DNA from: Octopus sinensis | Lineage: Eukaryota | Assembly (NCBI RefSeq): GCF_006345805.1 | Contig: NC_043006.1 | Span: 93,930,001-93,994,000, forward strand | Direction: 5' to 3' | DNA: 64,000 nt | Shown here: positions 13,645 through 25,554 of the stretch, piece by piece | Layout: each line of letters opens with the position of its first letter | How positions within the stretch are numbered: position 1 is the first letter of the stretch | Translations under genes and position numbers: made by a program | The notes under the pieces: model-generated | The model's input: only the letters and a program-made list of their open reading frames with translations | Databases searched by the model: none | What the model was told of the DNA's origin: nothing

Positions 13645-13851
13645 ATCTTTTTACCTTTTACAGTCATTCCGCTACGGCCATGCTGGGGCACCGCCTTGAA
13701 GTAGTTTTAGTCGAACGAATCGATCCCAGTACTTATTTTTTTAAAGCTTGATACTTATTCTATCGGTCCATTTGACGAACCACTAACTTATGGGGACGTA
13801 AACACACCAGCACTGGTTATCAAGCCGTAGTGGGGGACAAACACAAGCACG

Positions 13852-13907
<56 letters not shown>

Positions 13908-14069
13908 GCTATATTTATATACTTTCCGTCAATCAAATCCACTCGCAAGGCCTTGGTCAACCCAAGTCTATAGTTGAAGACACTTGCCTAAGGTACAACG
14001 CAGTGGGACTGAACCCGGGACCATGTGGTTGGGAAGCAAGCTTCTTATCACACAGCCATGCCTGCGTCT
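13645..14069 (-). mobile_element. Full-length SINE family 1; its 3' half is duplicated at ~11040-11280
   Basis: Tail, (CA)n centre, CORE and tRNA head; lies head-to-head with a + strand partial copy at ~14073-14175. Confidence 0.85.
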
Positions 14070-15032
14070 GTACAGGTATGGTTGTGTGGTAAAGAAACTT
14101 GCTTGGCAACCGCGTGATTTAGGGTTCAATTGCACCACGTGGCACCTTGGGCAAGTGTCTTTACTATAGCCTCGGACTATGCAAAATATGTGGTGGGGGG
14201 CGAGAGGGGGTGCCTTTGTAAAATGTCACCGTGTGAAAGGGATCGCTGAGTTATTAAAGGTTGGGACTTACTGGTTGATATGACGAATCTTTTGATGCTT
14301 AGATTTTGCTTGATTCAGTCATTGTATTGCGGCCTTGCTGGGGCACCACTTTGAAAGGTTTAGGCCAACAAATTTACCTCAGTAATCATTTTTCAAAGTT
14401 TCGTAATTATTGAATCAGTTCCTTGAGCCGAACCGCTAAGTTACAGAAACGTAAACAATCGATGAAACTGTGGACAAGCCTAAACACATAGCGGTTTCCA
14501 GCTATTAAATTCACTTACAAGGCATTAAGTTGGCCCACGAATATAGCAGAAGGTAGATGGCCGAGGTGACACGCAGAGAGACTGAACTCGAAACTGCGTG
14601 GTTACAAAGCGAGCTTCTTAACTACACAGCCACATTAACCACCCAACATGCCCCACGTTTTAGATACTTGCGTTGGTTACTGTTTCTTCCTGAGTCAAAT
14701 TTTTACGGAAATTATATAAGACGAGGTTTTAGGTAATGGTTTTTGATTTAGACACAGAGCCTGCAACTTTGAGGGGACGAATTAATGGAATCTATCGACC
14801 CTTTCTACTGGATTGGTACTTTAGATAATCGAACACGGCGGGGTTTTAACTCAGAACTTACAGAACCGGAATAAATATCACTAGCCACACTGTTCACCGC
14901 TCTACCGATTCTGCGAGTTGGCTGCCTTGAAGACTTATATTGTGAAAGTATATTTAGATTTCTAAGTGCATGTGTATGTATGAGTGTGTCTGTGTGTGTG
15001 TGTGTGTGAGTGTGTGTGTGTATGTATATATG

Positions 15033-15084
<52 letters not shown>

Positions 15085-15110
15085 TAATATATATATCAAT
15101 AGTAAATCCA

Positions 15111-15290
15111 AAATAACGAAGAACAAACAAAAACACAACAACGCGAGGACGTAGTACATGAAAAGTATTAGCAGACGCTCAGGGAAGAAAAGAAATGTGG
15201 TTTAACGTTTCGAGCAAAGCTCCTCTTCAGAAACAGAGGAAAGTCCAATAGAGGAAGACGGATGGGGGCAAAAAATCGCCGATTCACACA
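15111..15290 (-). mobile_element. Penelope-LTR-like short repeat, copy A, with minimal hammerhead motif
   Basis: Related to 15867-16050, 25884-26075 and (more distantly) 37240-37415; flanked by (TA)n/(CA)n. Confidence 0.7.
15200..15234 (-). ncRNA. Minimal type I hammerhead ribozyme motif (core intact)
   Basis: Minus strand GUUU-CUGAAGA-G-GAGC(UUU)GCUC-GAAA-C-GUU-AAAC: conserved core, helix II, 4-bp helix I, loopless palindromic helix III. Confidence 0.75.
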
Positions 15291-15402
15291 CACACACACA
15301 CACATATATGTGTGTGTGTGTGTGTATGTGTGTGTATACAGATATATATATATGTATGTATGTATGTATGTATGCATGTATATGTATATATGTATGCATA
15401 CA

Positions 15403-15460
<58 letters not shown>

Positions 15461-15554
15461 ATATATATAAACATAATACATAGGGCAATAATAAATTATT
15501 ATTACCAGTGGCCTAGCACAAAACACGAATTAGTCATTAGACTATATATTATTC

Positions 15555-15707
15555 ATATATAAATACAAAAAGAGGCTTCCAAATAGGAAAGCGTTGTGCT
15601 AGAAAGAGCAGTAGAAATCTCAAAACCACAAATCTTTCTTCTTGTGGTTTTGAGATTTCTACTGCTCTTTCTATCACAACGCTTTCCTATTTGGAAGCCT
15701 CTTATTG

Positions 15708-15718
<11 letters not shown>
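15555..15718. mobile_element. Short foldback/MITE, ~76-bp arms, 10-bp spacer, in (TA)n
   Basis: aaatacaaaaagaggcttccaaatagg...aaaaccacaa / ttgtggtttt...cctatttggaagcctcttattgtattt, 2 mismatches. Confidence 0.9.
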
Positions 15719-15752
<34 letters not shown>

Positions 15753-15946
15753 GGCGCAGGAGTGGCTGTGTGGTAAGTGGGTTGCTTACCAACCACATGG
15801 TTCCGGGTTCCGTCCCACTGCGTGGCTCCTTGGGCGTATGTATATATATATATATATATATATATAAAGTTAATCCAAACAAGAAAGCACAAAAAAACAC
15901 AACAACGCGTATTATTGGATGCTCATGAAAGAAGGAAAGGAGGAGG

Positions 15947-15981
15947 GTTTAACGTTTCGAGCGGAGCTCTTCGTCGGAAAC
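15947..15981 (-). ncRNA. Minimal hammerhead motif, core variant CCGACGA
   Basis: Minus strand GUUU-CCGACGA-A-GAGC(UCC)GCUC-GAAA-C-GUU-AAAC; U4-to-C change. Confidence 0.6.
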
Positions 15982-17089
15982 ATAGGAGAAGGAAAGATCC
16001 AGAGAAGGGAAGACAGAGGAAAAAAAATCGCCAACGGTACACACGAGGTCATATATATATATATATACACACACAGAGAGTGCGACACAGACAGACAGGC
16101 AGACAGACAGACAGGCAGACAGACAGACACGCACAGTGAGGGAACAAAGGACAACACTACAAACGAATTTTTAAATAAACTATTCCTAGTTTTATTATTT
16201 GTGTTAACAAATCAGTTTTTGGTTATCTTTGAGATAAAAGAAAATAAATGTAAGATAATTTACGATAATTATCGAATTATTATATTCTGGAAACAAAGTT
16301 TAATAGTTAAAAGTAACATTAGGTTTGATATTTATCTAAGAGAGACTTAAATCTCATTCACTGTTTAGTTAACTATTGTACAACTGTTCTGAATCCTTTC
16401 TCAACCAGGTAGGAGGAAGGAAACACCAACAACAAATCAACTTCCTTCCAAAGACAGGTTTTGTTTTTATTTGCTTAAACAATAATCTCCATTATCGTCT
16501 CCGTAAAAATTCATCGCAAACATTTTTGCCGTTGGAAAGTTCGTCTTTAAAAGAATACGTTGCAATAGAAAACAGATCGATCGTTTTCTTAAAATGGCAA
16601 CTTCATTAATTAACTTTCTAATTAGTGAAAGGTAATTTCTTTAAAATGCGTCATCTAGTTTATAATTTGCTCATGTGCCTCCTTTACAGTGATATCTCTT
16701 ACGGCAAGTACGTTTATGATAAAAATGTTTACGGTGATATACTTTCTGTGGAAGGCAAGGAAACTACGGTAATCCTCTCGAGAAAGCATCTCGTGAAGAC
16801 ATATAATGCTGGTCATTGTTTTTCTATATCAGTAGAGGCTAAATTGATCTGAGCATGTTCTTGTTGGTGGTGGATACATGCGACGGATGATGCGCGACGT
16901 TGCAGAAATCCGGATTTTACAATTCCACAGCTGCTGCCAGACGATGGTCGTCTGCTATTTCAGTGCTTTTCAGCACTGTGCGTCTATTCGAGGTGCTTTC
17001 TCAAGACGAATATTGCAGTTTTCTGGCTTTCTACAGAATATCCACGTTAAGATTGACAGAATGCTATTTTGAACTAATATTGCTTCCGT

Positions 17090-17725
17090 CGGTAATAATG
17101 AAACTCGATTACTCTTTGGGTGAAATAGCATCTGAACTTCAAAGCCATTTTGCAAGACTAACAGTTCTTCAAATAGATCTACTGTGAGATTTGTTTGCAT
17201 CGATCGGAAATCGATTTACAGCCAAAACTGATATTTTCAGCTCTCCAAAATTTTAAAATCTACAAACCATGTCTTTCTTCAACGCTAGAAGATGAAGATG
17301 TTAATATTCTTGGTCAGCATATATTTCCAGAAATGCCTTTTATGTGGGGAAAATGATAGAAGTTTTGATCTACCATGTTGTAACTTGGAAATTGAACTTC
17401 GCTGAGAAATGTAATTTCTATTCTTTTGATTCAACGAGATTTTATTTCCTTGCTGTTTGAATTTCATTTGTTAAAATATCAGAAAGGCAAGAAAATCTGC
17501 TAGTTTGTTTTCAAGATACTAACATACATTGTTTCATCCATATTTCTTTTTTAAAATTCAACTTCGCAGGCAATTATCGCAGGCTTTCTTTGCTTTCGTA
17601 GCAAAGTTGTCATCTGGAGCTAAGCCAGAACTTTTGTTCTCACATATAAGAAACTAGCTCAAAAGCCGCGCGATAGGGCGGCTTTTAAGCAAGTATATGG
17701 ATGTTAAGCAACTGACCCGAATGGG
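17090..17725 (-). pseudogene. hAT (Buster/Charlie-like) transposase remnant
   Basis: Broken-frame matches KSRP..RL, WLS, KLADFLA..F..MKFKQQGNKISL, TFLS.VQF...NFYHFP, DLFEELLVLQN.FE; many stops. Confidence 0.6.
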
Positions 17726-17731
17726 AAGATC

Positions 17732-17821
17732 TGCAAACAGATCTCGGACTTGTTTTGGAGAATTTGTTGTAGTTGCTTCCTCTAAAGTCATATTCCAATG
17801 ATGATCATATTCGTCGCAAAG
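17732..17821 (-). pseudogene. Helitron Rep/helicase linker fragment
   Basis: Minus strand LCDEYDHHWNMTLEEATTTNSPKQVRDLFA resembles the Helitron DD.HW..TLEEA...SP..R.LFA motif (from recall). Confidence 0.6.
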
Positions 17822-18649
17822 ATCACGTAAAAAATCGCCGAAAATTATCGCTGGATTTCGCAGCTAATTTCAATTATTTTCAAAATATATTTCCAAGTTA
17901 TAAAAATTGTTATTGCACAAAAAATTTGTCTCAAAAAAATCACGTAAAAAAATCGCCGAAAACAATTGCAGTAATGAAAACTTGGGAATCCAAAATTTCA
18001 GGATTACGGGTCCGGATTCGGTCCGGAATGTTTTTAATTTACTCACGGTGTCAGCCTGATTCCAAAATGGTATATGTCGCACTACGGCTTCTAAGAGTAA
18101 AGTTGAAAAAATGCGATACACTGACATTAGCATGTATTATATAAGATAACAAACGACATAGTTTAGTTGTGTAAGCGGAGCTTTCCCAAACCGGAATTTG
18201 TTTAGTTCCTGCACTCAAACTGGAGAGGGTCAATGCGAAGTTACTTGATTTCTTTTTAAATTGTAAATGAAATAATATTTAAAGATCAGTCCTGCTTCCA
18301 AGATCTTTGGAGGGTCTTTGAATTCTATGGACAACGGTATCACCCTTCCTTCAGATTAAGCAAATAAATGTACCACTACAACTACCATCATCGCTATCAC
18401 AACCACAATCACCACCAATGTTAGTATAATCTCTACTACTTATACAACAACAACAACTACTACAACTACTACTAGAACCTCTGCTACTCCCACTACCACT
18501 ACTGTTACTACCACTACTACCGTAACCATACATACTACTATTGCTACAATTATAACTTCTACTACTACTACTATTACTACTATTTGCTACATCACTATCA
18601 CAATCACCATTGCCAGAGTGAGTACTACAACCGCAACTACCAACGCTAC

Positions 18650-18800
18650 AACCAAATATTGATTGCCTTTCTGACATTTTTAACGAAAGAATTATTCAAA
18701 TTTAAACAACAGGGAGACAAGATGTCCCTTGTTCAAGCGAAAGGAACAATAATGACATTTATTTACAAAATATCAACAACAAAGAACATACATGTATTTA
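18650..18800 (+). pseudogene. Second hAT (Buster/Charlie-like) fragment, opposite orientation
   Basis: IAFLTFLTKELFKFKQQGDKMSLVQAKGTIMTFIYKI, homologous to the 17400-17500 segment. Confidence 0.6.
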
Positions 18801-18939
18801 GCGGTCGAGCTTTGGTCTTATTTGTTGCTTCGATTACAACCTGTAAAGCTTCATTTAGTTTATCACGAAGACGTCTTACAGTTAAATGTTGCCTATAAAT
18901 AACACAGCCACTAAGTGTAAATGACTAAGAAAAGGGAGA

Positions 18940-19200
18940 AATTAAGACGAAAAAAAGAATGAATTTACCTGGAAGAGTTCTGGTCGTAAGAAGGAATAAT
19001 ACAATGAGTTGAAAGAGAATTCCGAAGTCTGGCAATTCATGAAAAACAGCTACGACCAGAGAAAGATTTCCTTATTCATGGAAGTACAACAGCATTTGGA
19101 TGAAAGCGATGTGAGTTTCAAGTTAGGTGAGATAGTACAAAGTGATCTGGCACAAAGAGAGAAAGTTCTTCAGAGCAATTCTTTTAGCAATAATGGTAGA
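18940..19200 (+). pseudogene. Possible BEL/Pao LTR-retrotransposon C-terminal remnant
   Basis: Frameshifted pieces LEEFWS, KE.YNELKE, LIH, WMKA, VLQRAI resemble the Pao integrase tail; very degenerate. Confidence 0.3.
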
Positions 19201-20271
19201 AAAGACTAAATCTGGTGACGTCACGTTGATGTGACAAAGATTGCAGAGTCGAAGCAAGAGAGGGACCAATCAAATTAGGGACTCATACCTGAACCCGATC
19301 GAGGAGAGACAAGTGACAAGACGGTGCACCGGCCCAAATATGACAACAACATTCCATAAAAGGATGAATTGTGGACATGTAAAAATACAAAATTGCCTGA
19401 AATGTGAGGTAGTCCTTTGACCTACACAATGACCCAGTCTTGCAGGAAGCAGACCTATCAATTGATTGTATGTAAGAATCCCAGAAAGATCAGGTCAGAA
19501 AATAAGGCCAAGCAGTTTCAAAGAAGATCTTTCCTCAAGTGGTTTATTAGAATTACCTTAATTTTTTTTTTCAGTTTTGTAAATCGTTGAAAATTTTGTC
19601 TCAGATTCTAGCAACTCTTTAGTAACAGGATCACAGACCAGTAATAAAGACACGCAGTCATGCAGGGCTGTTTCATCAAATCGTACACAAACTTCACTTG
19701 CTTTTACGCAAATCATCACAACGTTTGTTTCCAATTTAATACAACCACACTAACCAGTGAGGATCAATATAAATAAACATAGATATATTTATATATAACA
19801 CGTCAGAAAAATATTTGTGAAAGAGTCAAAACTAAAAGCTCCATATTTCCTATATTTCGCTTTAATTTCAATATAATTTCGTTTAATATATTAAATATTA
19901 ATAATTAATACTCATTCCATACCGGTTTATATCTAAACGAAGCAAACTACGAACATGGGACTTTGGTACATCACCAATCTGGTTTCTGCTTACCAGTAAT
20001 ACAAAGTCCAAATTGGAATATAATCACAACTCAGTGGCTGGTGTACAATGCTTACGTTGAGAACGGCTACGATTTTAAAATCGTGGCATTCTAAATACCT
20101 AACGACCTCATCAGGGCCTCTTTGACATTTTTCACCCATATTCAGAATGTCAAGGGGTCGCTGTTACCTAGATTGAAGACCCGCATTGGGCAGCCCATAA
20201 AATCTCAAATTATTGCTAATTATTTGTTGATATTCTTCAGATTAGATCGGTAGAAAAATTTGCGTTCAGCA

Positions 20272-20338
<67 letters not shown>

Positions 20339-20686
20339 CGCGTATGTATGTATGTATGTATGTATGTGCGTGCATATATATATTATATTCACTATGTGTG
20401 TCTGTATAGGTATAGTATACATATAGACACACACAGACACACACACGTGTGAGCGTATCTTTTATCTGTTACTTTTCCAGTAATTGGACTGCGGCCATGC
20501 TGGGGCACCGCCTTGAAGAATTTTTACTGGAATGAATTGACCCAGGTCTTTTTTGTGTCTGGTGCTTATTCTAGGAGCTGCGGAACCACTAAGTTACGGG
20601 GACGTAAACAACACCGATTACCAAGCGGTGGTAGGGAACAAGCACAGACACAAAGACGCACACGCACACACACAAAGACATACTTA

Positions 20687-20845
20687 TTAGCAATGCACCC
20701 CGGCGTTGCTCGGGTGTTATGACCGACAGCCACATTGTATTATTTGTTTCTTTCTTATGGGCAGATTCGGCATACGAGGAGTATGAAGCAAATAAATCTT
20801 CTTTATGAACATGTTTTTCGGTCATTTTCTGATGAACAATGCTGC
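20687..20845 (-). mobile_element. Helitron 3'-end fragment inside a SINE
   Basis: Minus strand KMTEKHVHKEDL (like the helicase C-terminal TKNIVYKEVL), then hairpin cccgagcaacgccggg and CTAA|T. Confidence 0.6.
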
Positions 20846-20924
20846 AGTTTCCGTCTACCAAATTCAGTCACGTGTCTGCGGTTTGCCTAGGGCTATAGTA
20901 GAAAACATTTGCCCAAGGTAGCGA

Positions 20925-21158
20925 AAGGCGGCGAGCTGGCAGAAACGTTAGCACGCCGGACGAAATGCTTAGCGGTATTTCGTCTGCCGCTACGTTCTGA
21001 GTTCAAATTCCACCGAGGTCGACTTTGCCTTTCATCCTTTCGGGGTCGATTAAATAAATACCAGTTACACACTGGAGTCGATATAATCGACTTAATCTGT
21101 CTGTCTGTCCATGTTTGTCTCCTCTGTGTTTAGCCCCTTGTGGATAGTAAAGAAATAA
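20925..21158 (+). mobile_element. tRNA-derived SINE family 2 (Meta-domain-like), with 20-bp TSD
   Basis: aaggcggcgagctggcagaa head, B box gagttcaaattcc, gtcgactttgcctttcatcctttcggggtcgat body; TSD gaaaacattt(g/t)cccaaggta at 20901-20920 and 21159-21178. Confidence 0.85.
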
Positions 21159-21254
21159 GAAAACATTTTCCCAAGGTACCATGCAGAGGGACTGAACGTA
21201 GAACCATGTGATTATGAAGTAAACTTCTCAACCACACAGTCAGTCTTGTACCTA

Positions 21255-21309
<55 letters not shown>

Positions 21310-21311
<2 letters not shown>

Positions 21312-21480
21312 GGATCAAAGGCGTTCCTCTTTCCAACATGACTATACACAGATGAACCACGTTATCAGAAACCTCCCTTTTCAAGACGGCGAGAGGTTAT
21401 TTGAAGGCGATTAACTTATTACTTCTTGCAAAACAAGCGACCACGTAGCGGTTTCCTCGTTGACTCTTTAACGACATGAG
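21310..21480 (-). pseudogene. Possible Ty3/Gypsy integrase remnant
   Basis: SLKSQRGNRYVVAC...PL...ERGTPLIL resembles the integrase GNRYILV..D...R.G.P motif; the catalytic D is not visible. Confidence 0.3.
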
Positions 21481-22539
21481 TACCAAACAGGTGAAATATA
21501 TATAAACAATGCATTCAATACATTGTAAATGCATTTGCCTGAAAGTATTCATGGTCTTATATTGTTAGTCTTCGTTCGTTAAGTGCTTTCGGAATGCTGC
21601 TTTAAGAATTGTTCTGATTGTTACAGTTCTTCGAATACATTCAGGTTATTGTTTCCGTTGTTTGTTGTTCTGGTAAAGGTTCACCTGTTATTAAGTAATA
21701 CAAAATAGGCTGCGACTTTGCTTGTTATCTCCGTTGGTGGCGGTACTAGTGGTAGTGGTGATGGAGGTGATCTTCGTCATCGTCCTTCTAATGTTAGCGG
21801 TGGTGGTGGTGGCAGTGATGGCGTGGTGTATGTAAGTAGCGATGTCGTAAATTTTTCTAAATGAAATACCATTTAACAATCTGCAATTATATTTACATCG
21901 TTTTGTTTTGACGGTGGATTTTACACTGTAATTAATCACTCTGTTAATATATAAGTGTCTATATGCATGCATACATACATACATACATACATACATACAT
22001 GCATAAATACATATAAATCACAGTATGTGTGTGTATATTGATTAACGCATACATTTCTACAATTCTCAACCGATTTTCACCAAACTTTACACACACATTA
22101 CTTATGTCCCATCGATGGTCATGCACTATAACATTTTGCTCTGAGCTCCCGCGTAAAGGAACAAACCGGGGAAAACGGTGGTTTACACGGGTTTTTCTCT
22201 AAATCATTGCATGTACATAGTTTTTTTTTATGTAGTGTCTTCCATACTTTTTTAATCTATATCTTCGTGTATTGGCATTAGAGAATATTTTTAGCGGTTT
22301 TCACATTTTTTATTTATTATTTATTTATATTTTGCAATTGTATATAATTAACTTGGTTAGAGAATACTATAAAAGTGAAAGAATTGTGTTTATTTAGTTA
22401 TTTCGACTGTTCACCTGCGACGGTGAATAAATTGATTAGGAACACTGTGCGCAATGAATATCCAACACCAAACTAACTTAATCTACATATTTAAACTGCA
22501 TTAAACTTTGGCAAGCTTACCTTTGCCTACTCTGAGTTA

Positions 22540-22800
22540 CTTGAAAGGTGATGTTCCTTTCCCTCTCTTTTATTTGTTGATACCATTGTTTAACTACCAA
22601 TGCATTGTTTCACTTTAAGGATGTTTATTTATCCATCCATTATGATATTTCGAAAGCGACATCTTTTCACAGCGAACTACCAAACATACAAAGCAGTATT
22701 CGTGAACTGAAGCCAAACTCTTCATGTCTTCATTTTTCGTTACCTGAAGTCAATTTCAGGGTGGACGTACACTGTAAGCATGTAGCAAATACATTCCTTT
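22540..22800 (-). pseudogene. hAT C-terminal dimerisation-domain remnant
   Basis: RILLCMFGSSL*K resembles hAT MFGSTYLCE; heavily decayed. Confidence 0.4.
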
Positions 22801-23262
22801 AACTCTACTTTTTCAAGTAAGTAGTATGTTGCCATTTTTTAACGTACTAATCATACTTCTCTCCGAAAACCTGGCGCCCTTTGCTGTTGAATAAAATAAA
22901 CTCGCAGACGGGAAGTTTCAACGTCTTCCTTCAAATTCCTTACACTATTTATGTTGCTGTTTCTGAAAAAATATTTCGCTTTAATGTAAAAACTATATTT
23001 GGTAGTCATTATTTGTAATCTACTCCCAAAACACTTCAGTAACTTTACTTTGCATCGCTTGCAGACTTATATGTTCTATGATTATTAAAGTGCAACGACC
23101 TCCACAGTAACCAGCCTTCAATTTGGTTTTCTGTTCCTACCTTAATTTGAAACATAGATTGCCGTACTACTTATAAACCTTCTCGGTGTTCAATTATTTG
23201 GTAAAAAAAATATTCCCAAAGCAAATTAAACCGTATGAAGGAGGGGTGCGTTTGCTAGTGTG

Positions 23263-23331
<69 letters not shown>

Positions 23332-23365
23332 CATTTATGTATACATACATACATACATACATACA

Positions 23366-23396
<31 letters not shown>

Positions 23397-23419
23397 GTAC
23401 GTACATGTATGGATCTTTT

Positions 23420-23600
23420 TTATCTTTTACTTGTTTCACTCATTAGATTGTGCCCATGCTGGGGCTTGAAGAATTTTTAGTTGAATGAATCAACTCCAGT
23501 ACATTTTTTCTTAACAAAACACCTGCAGAACCGCTAAATTACGGAGGGTGTAAACAAACCAACACGTGCGTGGGAGACAAACACAGACACAAAGACGCAC

Positions 23601-23657
<57 letters not shown>

Positions 23658-23808
23658 ACGGGCTTCTTTCAGTTTCCTTCTAACAATCCAGTCACAAGGC
23701 TTTGGTCGGCCCGAGACTATAGTAGAAAATATTTGCCCAAGGTGCTATTCAGTGGGACTGAACCTGAACCATATGGTTGGGAAGCAAGCTTCTTACCACA
23801 CAGCCATA

Positions 23809-23810
<2 letters not shown>
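23420..23810 (-). mobile_element. SINE family 1
   Basis: Tail, (TA)n centre, CORE and head all recognisable. Confidence 0.8.
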
Positions 23811-23849
<39 letters not shown>

Positions 23850-24014
23850 ATACATTAATGACGATTTCATTTCCATATTTTTTGTGGAAGAAGACAACTT
23901 TTAATTTATTTTATATTTTTTTTACCAACAGGCAGTATATATATGCTTATTAACCCATATACATACATACATGCATACATACATAATTACATACTTATGT
24001 AATTATATATGTAA

Positions 24015-24045
<31 letters not shown>

Positions 24046-24104
24046 CATACATACATACATACATACATACATACATACATAATACATACATACATACGTA
24101 CGTA

Positions 24105-24975
24105 CGTACATACATATAAACTGTCGTATAAGTTATGCAAAAATGAAAATAACATTGACATCTCATTTTAGCAGATATATTTACCAAAATTACATAAAAG
24201 TATCTTGAAATACTAAAGAGTACGTTTACTTTCAAAATCGCCATTGGCTTCAACCTTAGCCTCCAGGCGACTTCGGAATCTCCTGCAACTCTTCTGGGCG
24301 GTCTCTTTGTTTAAGTTGATGAGTGCTGCGTTATTCTTTGCCTTCAGTTCATCTTTGGTGTTACAAGGAGTTTTGTTGGTCTCTCGCTCAACTGCGCCCC
24401 ACACATAATAATCAAAGGGGTTGCAGTCTGGGAAGTTAGGTAGCCAGATGTTATGGGTTATGGGATCGCAGAAATTGTCTGACAGCCATGACTATATTCT
24501 CCTGCTTGTGTGGCATGGTGCAGAGTCCTGTTGCCAGACATAGGGTCTTCTAGCAGCCACCCTCTTGGCCCAGGGCAGCTCTACATCTTCCAAGTTCTCA
24601 GTGTTGAGTCTGAGGCCGTGTGGGAAAATGAATGGAAACATAACGTCGCCATCACTAGAAATCACTCCAAACACCAGGATGTTGACTGGATGTTTGATTT
24701 TTATCACTCTCGGTACAAGTCCTTAGATTGCACTGTCCTCAAATTGACACCCAAACACTCTGAAATGTTCGTATTGGAGCTTCTGGCACGAATGCCAATC
24801 AGTACAGTATGTTGTTTCTAAATTTCTGGCAGAGTGAATTGTGTCATGGTGGGGTTTTTCTCACAGACGGTGTCCAACTGACCCTACTATACTGTGTAGT
24901 CGACAAAACCAAAAAACAAGAATGCGCGTGCGCGAAATAAAAAATATATAGCGGTGACAATTTACCTGTGTGAGT
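24105..24975 (-). mobile_element. Internally deleted maT (DD37D) Tc1/mariner element
   Basis: WQQDSAPCHTSRRI*SWLSDNFCDPITHNIWLPNFPDCNPFDYYVWGAVE has 37 residues between D2 and D3; the N-terminal HTH start (LGVNLRTVQ) is joined directly to VPRVIKIKHP. Confidence 0.85.
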
Positions 24976-24996
24976 GTATATATATACACACACATA

Positions 24997-25211
24997 CAGT
25001 GACCCAAAAGTAGGTTTACAGTCGTCACGTAGGCACTTTAAATTTCTTTTAAAACATTTTATTACATTTAAATTTCTATCTTACAATTAACTAAATTAGC
25101 ATAGAATAATGGTTTCAAATGTTTTTGTTTTATATTTAAGATCTTAACTGTTAATATATGAATGCGAAAGAGATGATTGAATAACTGTAAACCTACTTTT
25201 GGGTCATCCTG
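24997..25211. mobile_element. Tc1/mariner-type MITE
   Basis: TIRs cagtgacccaaaagtaggtttacagt / actgtaaacctacttttgggtcatcctg; TA on the left. Confidence 0.8.
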
Positions 25212-25225
25212 GACATACATACATA

Positions 25226-25282
<57 letters not shown>

Positions 25283-25284
25283 TG

Positions 25285-25540
25285 AAGGTGCGTGGCTTAG
25301 TAGTTAGGGCAGTCGGCTCACGATCGTTGCTCCAGTCCATTCAGCTGACAAAAATGAGTTGTACCTTATTTCAAAGGGCCAGCTTTGTAACACACTGTGT
25401 CACGCTGAATCTCCCTGAGAACTACGTTAAGGGCACACGTGTCTGTGGAGTGCTCAGCCACTTGCACGTTAATTTCACGAGAAAGCTATTCTGCTGCTCA
25501 TATAAGCTGGTACCCTCGTCGTCGTAACCGACTGACTGCT
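25285..25540 (+). mobile_element. tRNA-SINE family 3 (V-domain-like); other pieces at ~42600-42810 (-) and ~46140-46340 (-)
   Basis: Head gaaggtgcgtggcttagtagttaggg; shared body ttgctccagtccattcagctg and gtggagtgctcagccacttgcacgttaatttcacgag. Confidence 0.7.
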
Positions 25541-25554
25541 CCAATATATATATA

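Larger units (their letters stand above)
8670..13900 (+). repeat. Tandem duplication, two ~2.6-kb units (~8670-11280 and ~11281-13900)
   Basis: acatgttctctctctcacttcctcc at 8691 and 11291; units nearly identical; all three boundaries lie in (CA)n tracts. Confidence 0.96.
20463..21255 (-). mobile_element. SINE family 1 containing nested Helitron and family 2 SINE insertions
   Basis: Family 1 segments at 20463-20685, 20845-20920 and 21159-21255. Confidence 0.8.

Noticed and set aside
20100-20125. Minus-strand CTGATGA as a hammerhead core (also plus-strand CTGATGA at ~20828, ~48987, 58921)
   Set aside because: No helix II plus GAAA at the required spacing.
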